Shown: positions 10,726 through 20,611 of the stretch, in pieces
Layout of the letters: every line of letters starts with the position of its first letter
Position numbering within the stretch: position 1 is the stretch's first letter
Source of the DNA: an uncultured Gemmatimonadales bacterium
GTDB lineage: Bacteria > Gemmatimonadota > Gemmatimonadetes > Longimicrobiales > Gaopeijiaceae
Direction of reading: 5' to 3'
Assembly: GCA_963809895.1 (NCBI GenBank)
Contig: CAWELD010000003.1
Location: 1,632,001-1,696,000, forward strand
DNA: 64,000 nt
Notes under the pieces: model-generated
What the model was told of the DNA's origin: nothing
Databases searched by the model: none
Seen by the model: only the letters and a program-made list of their open reading frames with translations
Position numbers and translations under genes: made by a program

Positions 10726-11951
10726 CTTCGTGTCGGCCTTCCGATACGAAGATCGGGGTCCTCAACGGCCTCGTCCAGTTCCACCGCGAGTCGGTCGAGC
10801 ACCAGCCATCCTTCGGGGGTGGCCACGACGCCCTCGTTCGTCGAACGGACGAGACCGCTCCGGATCCAGCGTTCGCGCAGGTCGCGAGCGCGGGCGCTCG
10901 CGAACCACGACTGCCCGAGACCCGCGTCGGTCCTGAGGCCGAGCCAGATGAGTTCCAGGCGCGACGCCACGCCCTCCACGACCTCGTAGCCGGCCACCGG
11001 AAGACGCCCTTCTGTGGTGGCGCTGGCGTACGCCTCCCAATCCCGGAGGTTCCAGCGCCGCATCGGGGGAAGGTATCCGTGCGCCCCGTTCCCGAGCCCC
11101 AGGTAGGCACGCCCCTCCCAATAGGCCCGGTTGTGCCGCGACTCGTGGCCCTCGCGGGCGAAGTTGGACACCTCGTAGGCGTGGAATCCCTCAGCGGCGA
11201 GGAGCTCGTGGGCCAGGAGATACTCGTCGGCGTATCGCTCCTGGTCCGGCATGGCGACCCGGCCCTTGTCCACGGCGCGCCCCAGCGGAGTGTTCCGCTC
11301 CGCCGTGAGCCCGTAGAGGCTGATGTGGGGCACGCCGAGGCCTACCGCCGCTTCCAGATCGGCCCGCCAGTCCCTCTCGACGCTGGATGGAAGGCCGAAG
11401 ATCAGGTCCACGCTCACGCTGTCGAAGCCCGCGGCCCGTGCCGTGGACACGGCGGTCCGGGCGCCCCGGGGCCCGTGGAGGCGTCCCATCCAGCGCAGAG
11501 CGGACTCCTGGAAGCTCTGGACGCCGAGGCTCACGCGGTTGACGCCCCCACGCCGCCATCCGCCCGCCACCTCGGGGTCGAAGCTCTCGGGGTTCGCTTC
11601 CGCGGTCCACTCCAGGCCCGGGTCGTCCAGACGCGAGGCCCCCAGGATCCTGCGGAGCTCCACCATGGCGGTGGCGCCCAACAGCGACGGCGTGCCGCCA
11701 CCGACGTAGAGCGTGGACAGCGGGCTGGCCAGGGCCGCACGCCCTTCGTCGCGCAGCGCCGCCAACTCGCCCGCCAGGGCGTCGAGCCAGGGCTCCGGGC
11801 TCGGATCCCGGTCCACCGACACCGCGAAGTCACAGTAGACACACCGTCGCACGCAGAACGGGGCGTGCACGTAGACCGACGAGACCTCCACCGGATCCGG
11901 GGCGGTCACGGGCATGCCCGCGGACGCCACGTCGCGCTCCACCGACGTCAT
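10722..11951 (-). CDS. hemW: Radical SAM heme chaperone HemW (HemN-like)
   Basis: YVHAPFCVRRCVYCDF, GGGTPS, YEVSNFA...SRHNRAYW. Located upstream of hrcA, as is typical. Confidence 0.93.
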   Translation of the reverse strand: MTSVERDVASAGMPVTAPDPVEVSSVYVHAPFCVRRCVYCDFAVSVDRDPSPEPWLDALAGELAALRDEGRAALASPLSTLYVGGGTPSLLGATAMVELRRILGASRLDDPGLEWTAEANPESFDPEVAGGWRRGGVNRVSLGVQSFQESALRWMGRLHGPRGARTAVSTARAAGFDSVSVDLIFGLPSSVERDWRADLEAAVGLGVPHISLYGLTAERNTPLGRAVDKGRVAMPDQERYADEYLLAHELLAAEGFHAYEVSNFAREGHESRHNRAYWEGRAYLGLGNGAHGYLPPMRRWNLRDWEAYASATTEGRLPVAGYEVVEGVASRLELIWLGLRTDAGLGQSWFASARARDLRERWIRSGLVRSTNEGVVATPEGWLVLDRLAVELDEAVEDPDLRIGRPTRR

Positions 11952-13066
11952 GCGTCTCTCCGTTGGAAACGCATGCCCGGGCTCTGGCGCGCCCAGCCGG
12001 CCACTTCGAGGCGGGTGAGGGCCGAGAGTGCCGTCGCCGCGTCGAGTCCCGCCACCCGGGCAAGGTCGTCGACGCTGCGGGGGATCGCCTCCAGCTCCTG
12101 CCAGACGGCGGCCGCGTCGGTGCCCAGCCTCTCCGGCGGCGCCGGCCGGAAGCTCCCCTGCTCCGCAAGGCCCGAGAGGCCCAGCGCCGCGAGCACCGAG
12201 GCCGCGTCCAGGGCCAGCGCCGCTCCGTCACGCAGGAGCGCGTTGGTGCCGCGGCTCGTGGGGCTGTCCACCGGGCCCGGCACGGCGAGTACGTCCCGCC
12301 CCAGCTCCACCGCCTCGCGGGCCGTGATGAGCGCGCCGCTCCGCTCGGCGGCTTCCACCACCACGACCGCCTCGGAGAGCGCGGCCAACAGGCGGTTCCG
12401 CTTGGGAAAATGATGCGGCAAGGCGGGCGTTCCCGGCGGATGCTCGCTGGCCACCGCCCCCTGCCGACAGAGTCGTCGATAGAGGCGGGCGTGGCTCCGA
12501 GGCTGCGCGCGCTCGGGCCCGGATCCCAGGACCGCGGTGCTCACGCCACCGGCCTCCAGCGCCGCCACGTGCGCCGCGCCGTCGATCCCCATGGCCATCC
12601 CGCTGAGCACGCTCACACCGGCCCGGGCCAGCCCCCCGGCGATGGCGTGGGCGGCGCGACGGCCGTACGCGGTGGCCCGCCGCGAGCCCACCACCGCCAC
12701 CTGGCGGGTGGCGAAGGCCGTGACGTCACCCCGGACGAAGAGGAGCGGAGGGGGGTCGGTCAGATGCCGGAGACGCCCGGGATACGCCGACTCGTGCCAG
12801 GCCACGACGCGCACCCCGGTCCGCCGACAATCGGCCAGTACCTGGCGCGCGGCGGCGAGGGTACCCGGTGCCGAGCGACACCGGAGCGCGGCGGCGCGAC
12901 GGGCGTCGGGCCAGGCCACCAGCCGGTGGGCCGACCCGGCCGCCCCGACCGCCTCGCGGAGCCGGGCCGGGCCCACCCCCTCGATGGCCAGCAGGCGGAG
13001 CAGGGCCGTCACCTCGGCCTCCCACCCGTCGCTGCCCTCGGGCGCCGGGCTCAGGGTGTCCACCAC
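11948..13066 (-). CDS. dprA: DNA-processing protein DprA
   Basis: VAVVGSR, SGMAMGIDGAAH, FPKRNRLLAALS, SGALITA and a C-terminal winged helix. Confidence 0.96.
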   Translation of the reverse strand: MVDTLSPAPEGSDGWEAEVTALLRLLAIEGVGPARLREAVGAAGSAHRLVAWPDARRAAALRCRSAPGTLAAARQVLADCRRTGVRVVAWHESAYPGRLRHLTDPPPLLFVRGDVTAFATRQVAVVGSRRATAYGRRAAHAIAGGLARAGVSVLSGMAMGIDGAAHVAALEAGGVSTAVLGSGPERAQPRSHARLYRRLCRQGAVASEHPPGTPALPHHFPKRNRLLAALSEAVVVVEAAERSGALITAREAVELGRDVLAVPGPVDSPTSRGTNALLRDGAALALDAASVLAALGLSGLAEQGSFRPAPPERLGTDAAAVWQELEAIPRSVDDLARVAGLDAATALSALTRLEVAGWARQSPGMRFQRRDA

Positions 13067-14091
13067 TCCTCGTCGTCGGGCTGGCCGTCGGCCGCGGCGT
13101 CGCCAGTGGCGGGCCGGCCACGGGTGCGCCGCCAGAGCGCCTCGAGGAGCTCCGGGACGCCTCGACGGCTCACGGCCGAGACCACGAAGGTGCCCCAGGC
13201 TTCGGGCGCGTCCAGGGCGGGCGGGTCTTCGTCGGGACCCAACAGATCGGCCTTGGAAAGCACCAGGCAGTGGGGCGTGGCGGCGAGGGTGTCGGAGTGC
13301 CGACCCAGCTCCTGGCGCAGGAGGTCGTACTCCCGTTGCGGGTCCTCGGTGTCCACCGGCACGAGCAACGCCAGCGTTCGGGTCCGCTCGATGTGGCGCA
13401 GGAACTGATGCCCCAACCCACGTCCTTCGTGGGCGCCCTCGATGATGCCGGGAATGTCGGCCATGACGAAGCTGCGGAAGTCCGGAAGCTCCACCACACC
13501 CAGGTTCGGTGTCAGCGTGGTAAACGGATAGTCGGCCACCTTGGGCCGAGCCTTGGAGACCGAGGCGAGCAGGGTCGACTTGCCGGCGTTGGGCTCCCCC
13601 ACGAGCCCCACGTCGGCCAGCAGCTTGAGCTCGAGCTCGATCCGTCGGGCCTCGCCCTCCTCGCCGGGCTCCCAGCGCCGAGGCGCCTGATGGGTGGCGG
13701 TGGCGAAGCGGGCGTTGCCCCGGCCTCCTCGGCCTCCGCGCGCGACCACGAGCCGGTCCCCGTCCTGGAGGAGCTCACCCAGCAGCTCGCCGGTGTCGGC
13801 ATCGCGCACGACCGTGCCCGGAGGCACCTTGAGGACGCGCGACTCGCCGGCCCGCCCCGTGCGGTTGCTGCCCTCGCCGTGCTGGCCCCGCTCGGCGCGG
13901 TAGTGCTTGCGATAGGAATAGTCCAGGAGGGTGCTGAGCTGCCCGTCGGCCTCCAGCACGATGTCGCCGCCCCGGCCGCCGTCTCCCCCCGAGGGTCCCC
14001 CTCTGGGCACCCCCGATTCCCGGCGAAAGGCCTCGGCTCCGGACCCACCGGTCCCGGCCTCGACCTCGATGACGGCACGATCCACGAACAT
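13051..14091 (-). CDS. obgE: GTPase ObgE/CgtA
   Basis: MFVD start, Gly-rich Obg fold, LELKLLADVGLVGEPNAGKST, YPFTT, ADIPG. Confidence 0.98.
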   Translation of the reverse strand: MFVDRAVIEVEAGTGGSGAEAFRRESGVPRGGPSGGDGGRGGDIVLEADGQLSTLLDYSYRKHYRAERGQHGEGSNRTGRAGESRVLKVPPGTVVRDADTGELLGELLQDGDRLVVARGGRGGRGNARFATATHQAPRRWEPGEEGEARRIELELKLLADVGLVGEPNAGKSTLLASVSKARPKVADYPFTTLTPNLGVVELPDFRSFVMADIPGIIEGAHEGRGLGHQFLRHIERTRTLALLVPVDTEDPQREYDLLRQELGRHSDTLAATPHCLVLSKADLLGPDEDPPALDAPEAWGTFVVSAVSRRGVPELLEALWRRTRGRPATGDAAADGQPDDEEWWTP

Positions 14092-14143
14092 CTCGTCTCC
14101 TTCTCCGCTCGAGCGTCCTGACTTCAACGACCTGCTGTAGTGG

Positions 14144-14773
14144 CTACGCCCCCGTCGATCCACCCTCGGACAGGCGGGCCCAGAGCTCCCGTGCCGGTCG
14201 CGCCACCTCGTCGCCGCACCCGACCAGGGCCTCCTCGAGCGCGGCGCCCACGACCGGCCTGCTGACGCCGGCGTTCAGGGCTCCGCGCAGATGCGAGTGG
14301 AGCTGCCGGAGGACCGCCGGTCCCCTGGGCGCCAGGATCGCGACGATGCAGAGCTCCCTCACTCCCAACTCCAGCCCTGGCCTTCCAAGGACCTTGCCGT
14401 ACCCTTCCACCACCATCCAGGTCTCCAGATCCGGATGGAATCGGCGCACGTTCGCGCGCAGCTTCGCGTACTGGCCGCCGTACACGGTCTCACACACCGC
14501 GGCCCCGCGTTCCTCCCAATCGGGCCACGCGACCTCGGCGGGCGCCGGCGCCGGGTGCCCGGAGATCTCTCGCCACACCGCCATGGCGTTCAGCGCGGCC
14601 GGGTAGCCCAGGAAGAGGTAGCTCTGCAGGAGCGCCTCCTCCACCTGTCGCGGCGCGCAGCGCTCCGAGGCCAGGGCCAGCGCCGCCCGAACGTCTCCGT
14701 CGTCGCCCCGGGACAGGGCCGCCGACACGCGCACCAACAGCCGCGCCTCGCGTGACAACCCCGTGTGCTTCAT
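14144..14773 (-). CDS. Carboxymuconolactone decarboxylase/AhpD-like family protein
   Basis: EALLQSYLFLGYPAALNA and YGKVLGRPGL...RELC...QLHSHLRGALNAG patterns. Start ATG 14773 overlaps the asparaginase stop. Confidence 0.8.
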   Translation of the reverse strand: MKHTGLSREARLLVRVSAALSRGDDGDVRAALALASERCAPRQVEEALLQSYLFLGYPAALNAMAVWREISGHPAPAPAEVAWPDWEERGAAVCETVYGGQYAKLRANVRRFHPDLETWMVVEGYGKVLGRPGLELGVRELCIVAILAPRGPAVLRQLHSHLRGALNAGVSRPVVGAALEEALVGCGDEVARPARELWARLSEGGSTGA

Positions 14774-15786
14774 GTGGTCCTCCAGTCCGGGAGCGCCGGG
14801 CCGAACTCCACGTCGGCCTCCAGGCACCCTACGATCTCGCCGCGCGTGTTTCGAACCGACGGCGTCAGCCACGCGCTCAGCGCCTCTCGCGCCGCGTCGT
14901 CCAGCAGGGACATGGCGTCCAGCAGCCGCAGGAGTGCGATCTCCGCCGCTCGCTTCGCGCCGTCCTCGACCTTCACCGCGACGCCGACCCCCCGGTCCTG
15001 GACTCCCAGCCCGTACACTCCTTCGGCGCCCACCTTGGCGAAGACGCGCCCGTCCGTGGCCTCCATGAGCGCGGTGCACAGGCGCCCCGTCCCCGCCACC
15101 ATCCACGGATGGTCGGTCATGGCCGCCACGATTCGGGCCGGACCGCGCTCGCCCCGGCGGGCGGCTTCCGCGAAGCGGGCGAACGAGGCCGCCACGGCTT
15201 CCAGGGGAACCTGGAAGCAGACCACGCCACATCCGTCGACCCCGGACCCGATCCGGTCCGGGTCCGTCTCCGTCCAGCGCGCGATCTCCCGCCCCATCCG
15301 CCGCTGCACCGGATGGTCCACCTCCACGTAGCCGCGCGTGGGCCACCCGTGGTGGACCGCCAGGGCCAGCATACCGGCGTGCTTCCCCGAGCAGTTGCTG
15401 TGGATGGGACCCGGTCGCACCCCCGCCAGCAGGAGCCGGACACCCTCCTCTTCCCGAAGGGGCATGTGCCCCCCGCATTCCAAGGCATCGTCGCCGAGGC
15501 CGGCCCGGGCGAGGATGCGCCGCGCGGTTTCCACGTGCCGGACCTCGCTGTTGTGCGACGCGCAGCAGAGCGCCAGCTCCTCGTCGGTGATCCCCAGCGC
15601 GTCCACGACGCCGTCCTCCACCAGCGGAAGCGCCTGAAACGGCTTCGCCGCCGATCGGAAGAAGGTCGGGAACCGTGGATCCCCGACGTGGGCGACGCGC
15701 CGGCCCGAGGCGTCGGCCACCACGGCGTGGACCCGGTGCACCGACTCCACGAGGCCGTTCCGTCGTACCCGGACCCGTCCGGTCAC
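14770..15786 (-). CDS. Class 3 (Rhizobium etli-type) L-asparaginase II family protein
   Basis: VESVH, RSAAKPFQ, CASH, NCSGKH, DGC, KVGAEG and KVEDG motifs. Start uncertain (GTG 15786 or TTG 15804). Confidence 0.92.
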   Translation of the reverse strand: MTGRVRVRRNGLVESVHRVHAVVADASGRRVAHVGDPRFPTFFRSAAKPFQALPLVEDGVVDALGITDEELALCCASHNSEVRHVETARRILARAGLGDDALECGGHMPLREEEGVRLLLAGVRPGPIHSNCSGKHAGMLALAVHHGWPTRGYVEVDHPVQRRMGREIARWTETDPDRIGSGVDGCGVVCFQVPLEAVAASFARFAEAARRGERGPARIVAAMTDHPWMVAGTGRLCTALMEATDGRVFAKVGAEGVYGLGVQDRGVGVAVKVEDGAKRAAEIALLRLLDAMSLLDDAAREALSAWLTPSVRNTRGEIVGCLEADVEFGPALPDWRTT

Positions 15787-15793
15787 GGACGAA

Positions 15794-16699
15794 TCACGAT
15801 CCAACGATCGCTCGAGGTGCCGGGCGAGTCGATGTCTGAACGGGCCCGGTTCCCAGCCAACCCTCGGCCCGCGCGGTGGTGAAGGCCAACCGCGCCGCCA
15901 GCGCCAGCAGCAGCACCGCGAACAGGCGCCGCAGGAGGCCGGCGTGGATGCGCTGGTTGAGCCGCGCCCCCAGGCGCGCTCCGACCATCGAGCCGGGGGC
16001 CAGCGACAACGCCAGCGGCACGTGGATCAGGCCGAAGGTCCCCGGCAGGTCCGCTCCACCACCGACGGTCATGTAGCCGATCATTCCCGCCGCGGCGGCG
16101 GCCGCGACCACGCCCACCGAACCGGCGGCCACTCGTCGGATGTCCACGTGGACGACGTAGATGAGAAAGGGGATCGCCAGCGTCCCCCCACCCACGCCCA
16201 GCAGCGGCGCCACGGCACCGATGACGACGCCTCCCAGAAGCCCCAGCATGGGGTGCGGAGGACCCGCGGCGTGCGCGGCCACCCCCTCGGCGGCCGTGTC
16301 CGACGACGTCAGGAGCCTGAGTCCGACCAGGAAGAGGAACACCACGAATCCCAGGCGCAGCAGCGCTTCTGGAAAGGACGAGGCCAGCCGCGCCATCTCC
16401 ACGGCGACCAGCGCAGCCCCCAGCGCCATGGGCGCCATCACCCTCCACGGAACCAGCCCGGCGCGGGCATAGGTGCGCAGGGCGCTCAGGGCGGTGACCA
16501 CGATGACGGACAGACTGGTGGCGTGGGCCACCAGGGTCGCCCGGTCCGCGGGAATCTGGATCCCGCTCCAGCCGCCGTGCTCCAGCATGAAATAGAGGAA
16601 GGGGACCAGCAGGACCCCTCCCCCGATACCGACGAGGCCCGAGACGACGCCGCTGAACAGTCCGAAGACCAGCGACGCCGCGATGGCAGCTGTGGTCAC
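15794..16699 (-). CDS. TauE/SafE (TSUP) family membrane transporter
   Basis: GLVGIGGG and GVGGG repeats, ATSL motif, about 8 hydrophobic segments. Confidence 0.9.
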   Translation of the reverse strand: MTTAAIAASLVFGLFSGVVSGLVGIGGGVLLVPFLYFMLEHGGWSGIQIPADRATLVAHATSLSVIVVTALSALRTYARAGLVPWRVMAPMALGAALVAVEMARLASSFPEALLRLGFVVFLFLVGLRLLTSSDTAAEGVAAHAAGPPHPMLGLLGGVVIGAVAPLLGVGGGTLAIPFLIYVVHVDIRRVAAGSVGVVAAAAAAGMIGYMTVGGGADLPGTFGLIHVPLALSLAPGSMVGARLGARLNQRIHAGLLRRLFAVLLLALAARLAFTTARAEGWLGTGPVQTSTRPAPRAIVGS

Positions 16700-18375
16700 G
16701 AACCCGACGACTCGTCGGTGCCTCCGGCCGCTGCCACGGCAGCGTCGTTGGGGATGCCGGCCCCGGCGACCTTCAGCAGGTCGTCGGTGGACGTGGCCTG
16801 ACCAAGGAGCGTCAGCGCCCGGTTCAGCTGGGTGTCGTCGGACCGGGTCTGCTCGAACTCGCCCTGGTCCCCGAGCGCCTGGAGCGCCACCTCACGCTCG
16901 AGTTGATAGCGCAGATAGCGGGCGGCACCCCGGAAGACGTCGTCGGAGATCTCCACGGAGTCGTCGGCCAGCGACGCCCGGAAGCGCGCCAGATCCCCGT
17001 CGGTGAGGCGGAATCCGGCGTGCAGATCCGGATGGTCCTGGTTGTACTGGACCGCAAAGGCGAAGAGGCCGTTGTTGACCGCTCCGGCGTGCCGATAGAG
17101 CGCGCGCACGGCCTGGGCCTCGTCCGAGGACAGGGTGTCGGGAAGTACGCGCACGTCGGGCACGATCCCGCCACCACCGTAGAGCGTGCGCCCGCCGTCG
17201 GACTCGAAGGTCGGACGGTCCTGATCCGAAGGCGGCCGCAGCAGCATGCCGTTGAGCGTCAGGCTGCCGTGGGCCGCCGCCGGTGCCTGATCCTGCTCCT
17301 CGCCCTGGGGATGCCGGTCGATGGAGCGCCCCACCGGGGTGTACCAGCGCGCCGTGGTGAGCCGCAGCACGTTCCCGCCGCTCAGGCGGAAGAGCGTCTG
17401 CACGGAGCCCTTGCCGTAGCTCGGCATCCCCACGAGCAGGGCGCGGTCGTGGTCCTGGAGGGCGCCGGCCACGATCTCGGAGGCGCTGGCGCTGGTGCCG
17501 TCGATGAGCACCGCGGTGGGCAGATCGGCGTAGACCGCCGGGCGCGACGCCGCGAAGGTCTGGCTCTGGCCCGCCGCGCGACCCCGGGTCTCCACGACAC
17601 GGGCTCCCTCGCCCACGAAGAGCTCGGCGACGCCGATCCCCTCGTCCAGAAGGCCGCCGGGATTGCCGCGCAGGTCCAGGACCAGGCTGCGAATCCCCTC
17701 CTGGCGCAGGGAATCCACCGCCGCCCTCACCTCGTCGGACGACGTGTTCCGGAAGACCCGCAGAGGCACGTACCCCACGTCACCGTCGAGCCGTACGGCG
17801 AAGGGCACCGACTTGATGTGGACCACCGAGCGCGTGAGGGTGAACGGAATCGGTTGGTCCACCCCCGGGCGGCCCATCTCCACGTCCACCGTGGTGCCGG
17901 GCTCGCCTCGCAGGATCTCCACGGCCTTGTCCACGCCGATGTCCCGGGCGTCCTCGCCGGCGATGCTGACGAACCAGTCACCGGGCCGGATGCCCGCTCG
18001 GGCCCCCGAGGTGCCGGGGATCGGCGCCACCACCGTGACCCAGTGGTCCTGGTCGACGACCGACAGACCCACCCCCCCGTATTCGCCGGAGGTCGCCTGG
18101 ATCTGGAAGTTCTCGTACTCGCTGGCCGGGATGAACGAGGTGTGGGGATCGCCCAGATCGTTCAGCACGCCGTCGATGGCGGCGTCGTAGAGCTGGCCCT
18201 TCTCGACCGGGTCGACGAACTGGTCGGAGACGTGCTCCACCACCTCCTGGAACACCCGCACCTGGACGTAGACGTTCTCCTGGCGGTCCACCCCCTCCTG
18301 GAGGAACCATCCCCCCAGCAGCACGGCGCCACCGAGCACCAGGAACGGCATGAAGGCACTGCGTCGACGGCTCAT
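16696..18375 (-). CDS. ctpA: S41 family carboxy-terminal processing protease
   Basis: LGDPHT, PDZ domain, DLRGNPGGLL, SASASEIVAGALQDHDRA, GKGSVQ, N-terminal membrane anchor. Confidence 0.95.
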   Translation of the reverse strand: MSRRRSAFMPFLVLGGAVLLGGWFLQEGVDRQENVYVQVRVFQEVVEHVSDQFVDPVEKGQLYDAAIDGVLNDLGDPHTSFIPASEYENFQIQATSGEYGGVGLSVVDQDHWVTVVAPIPGTSGARAGIRPGDWFVSIAGEDARDIGVDKAVEILRGEPGTTVDVEMGRPGVDQPIPFTLTRSVVHIKSVPFAVRLDGDVGYVPLRVFRNTSSDEVRAAVDSLRQEGIRSLVLDLRGNPGGLLDEGIGVAELFVGEGARVVETRGRAAGQSQTFAASRPAVYADLPTAVLIDGTSASASEIVAGALQDHDRALLVGMPSYGKGSVQTLFRLSGGNVLRLTTARWYTPVGRSIDRHPQGEEQDQAPAAAHGSLTLNGMLLRPPSDQDRPTFESDGGRTLYGGGGIVPDVRVLPDTLSSDEAQAVRALYRHAGAVNNGLFAFAVQYNQDHPDLHAGFRLTDGDLARFRASLADDSVEISDDVFRGAARYLRYQLEREVALQALGDQGEFEQTRSDDTQLNRALTLLGQATSTDDLLKVAGAGIPNDAAVAAAGGTDESSGS

Positions 18376-18414
18376 CGATTCTCCCTGGGATTCCCTTCTA
18401 CCACTGTCTGGAGG

Positions 18415-19062
18415 TTAACCCTCGCCACCGGGGAAGGTTTCCGGAAACTCGTCCTGCAGGAGCGTCCGGATACGGCGGTGGACCACCTCCGGCGCGCCCC
18501 GCCCGTCCACCACGCGTGCGTGACCCGTGGCGGCGGCGAGCTCGGCATACCCCTGGCGCACGCGCTCGAGAAAGGCCTCCCCTTCCCGCTCGATGCGGTC
18601 TCGCGTCTTGCCTTCGCGCTCCTGGCGGCGCGAGCCCTCGTCCACGGGCAGGTCCAAGAGCACGTACAGGTCCGGCACCAGGCCCCCGGTGGCGAAGGCG
18701 TTGAGGCGTCGCACCTCGTCCAGCGCCAGCCCTCGGCCGAATCCCTGATAGGCGAAGGTGGACAGATCGAAGCGATCCGCGACCACCACGCGCCCCTCGT
18801 CCAGCGCCGGACGCACCACGTCGCGCACGAAGGCGGCCCGGGCGGCCAACATCAGGAGCAACTCCGTCTCGGCCGGGACGTCCAGCTCTCCGCGGTCCAG
18901 GAGAACCTGGCGGATCGCCTCGCCCACCGGGGTGCCCCCGGGCTCCCGTGCCGTGACATGGGGCACGCCAGCGGCCCGTAGCCAGCCGGAGACGAGGCGC
19001 ACCTGCGTGCTCTTGCCGGCCCCCTCCACGCCCTCGAACACGATGAAACGACCGCCGCTCAC
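18415..19062 (-). CDS. tmk: Thymidylate kinase
   Basis: FIVFEGVEGAGKSTQ, REPGGT, ADRF...AYQG. Start taken at GTG 19062. Confidence 0.96.
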   Translation of the reverse strand: MSGGRFIVFEGVEGAGKSTQVRLVSGWLRAAGVPHVTAREPGGTPVGEAIRQVLLDRGELDVPAETELLLMLAARAAFVRDVVRPALDEGRVVVADRFDLSTFAYQGFGRGLALDEVRRLNAFATGGLVPDLYVLLDLPVDEGSRRQEREGKTRDRIEREGEAFLERVRQGYAELAAATGHARVVDGRGAPEVVHRRIRTLLQDEFPETFPGGEG

Positions 19063-19141
19063 CGCGCCGCGCTCCTGCCCGTCAGCCGCGGAGAGACCCC
19101 GTGGGGCAGGGTCCTCCGCGGCCGGGCGTGGACGCTCCTGG

Positions 19142-20488
19142 TCACTCGCCGTAGTCGAGGCCCAGGTGGGTGAGCTGGTCCTCACCCATCATCCAGCGCA
19201 GGGTGTTCTTGAGCTTCCAGTGCTGGATGAAGACGTCGTGCTCGGGATAGAGCCCCGGAATGGTCTGGGGGCTCTTGAAGTAGAAGGACAGCCACTCCTG
19301 GATCCCACTCATGCCGGACCGGCCGGCCAGGTCCATGAAGAGGGCCAGATCCAGGACGATGGGAGCGGCCAGGATGGAATCCCGGCACAGGAAGTCCAGC
19401 TTGATCTGCATGGGATACCCGAGCCATCCGAAGATGTCGATGTTGTCCCAGCCTTCCTTGTTGTCGCCCCGGGGCGGGTAGTAGTTGATCCGGACCTTGT
19501 GGTACAGGTCCTTGTAGAGCTCCGGGTACATGGACGGCTGCAGGATGTGCTCCAGCACGCCCAGCTTGGACTCCTCCTTGGTCTTGAACGAGGCGGGGTC
19601 GTCCAGCACCTCGCCGTCCCGATTCCCCAGGATGTTCGTGGAAAACCACCCGGCCAGGCCCAGCATGCGCGTCTTGAAGCCGGGGGCCAGGATGGTCTTC
19701 ATGAGGGTCTGGCCCGTCTTGAAGTCCTTGCCGGCGATGGGCACGCCACGCTCCCGGGCCAGCTTCTCCAGGGCCGGCACGTCACCGGAGAGGTTCGGGG
19801 CACCGTTGGCGTAGGGGATGCCCTCCATGATGGCGGCGTAGGCGTAGAGCATGGACGGGGCGATGGCCTCGTCGTTGTCCTCCATGGCCTTCTCGAAGGC
19901 CTCCAGCGTCTCGTGCTGGGGGCCGGGCCGCAGGAAGATCTCGGTGGAGCCGCACCACACCATGACCAGCCGGTCGCAACCGTGGTCGGCCTTGAAGCGG
20001 CGGATGTCCTCGCGCAGCTGCTCGGCCAGCTCCTTCTTGTTGGCCCCCTTCTTCACGTTGGGGCCGTTGAGCTTCTTCACGTAGCTCGTGTCGAAGGCCG
20101 CCGGCATGGGCTCGATGGCCGACAGGAAATCCTTGATGGGCTCCAGGTGCTCGTGGCGGTCCAGCACCCCCGCATTGACGGCACTTTCGTAGCCGTTGTC
20201 CGGGATGGGATCCCACGCACCGAACACGAGCTGGTCCAGCGAGGCCAGGTCCACGAACTCACGGATCAGGGGCGTGCGACCCTCCGTGCGCTTCCCCAGC
20301 CGGATGGTCTGCATCTGGGTGAGACTCCCCACCGGGCTCGCCAAGCCCCGGCGCACGGCCTCCACGCCGGCCACGAAGGTCGTGGCCACGGCACCGAATC
20401 CGGGGAGCAGAACACCGAGCTTCCCCGCTGACGAACGAATCTCCGGACGCTCCTTCACGCTCTTCCTCTCTCGGTTGTCGACGGCCAC
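19142..20488 (-). CDS. ino1: Myo-inositol-1-phosphate (inositol-3-phosphate) synthase
   Basis: GKDFKTGQTLMK, NILGNRDG, YYPPRGDNKEGWD, RDSILAAPIVLDL, SFYFKSP. Confidence 0.95.
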   Translation of the reverse strand: MAVDNRERKSVKERPEIRSSAGKLGVLLPGFGAVATTFVAGVEAVRRGLASPVGSLTQMQTIRLGKRTEGRTPLIREFVDLASLDQLVFGAWDPIPDNGYESAVNAGVLDRHEHLEPIKDFLSAIEPMPAAFDTSYVKKLNGPNVKKGANKKELAEQLREDIRRFKADHGCDRLVMVWCGSTEIFLRPGPQHETLEAFEKAMEDNDEAIAPSMLYAYAAIMEGIPYANGAPNLSGDVPALEKLARERGVPIAGKDFKTGQTLMKTILAPGFKTRMLGLAGWFSTNILGNRDGEVLDDPASFKTKEESKLGVLEHILQPSMYPELYKDLYHKVRINYYPPRGDNKEGWDNIDIFGWLGYPMQIKLDFLCRDSILAAPIVLDLALFMDLAGRSGMSGIQEWLSFYFKSPQTIPGLYPEHDVFIQHWKLKNTLRWMMGEDQLTHLGLDYGE

Positions 20489-20611
20489 CTCCGGTCGCCG
20501 GCTGCCGCATCGGCGGCACCCGAGCGGCCGGGGCCGCCGGTCAGGGTCGGTTCAGGGATCCCTCGGGGATCCGGGATACGGGCCGCCGACGCGTGGCCGG
20601 CCACCCGCGGG

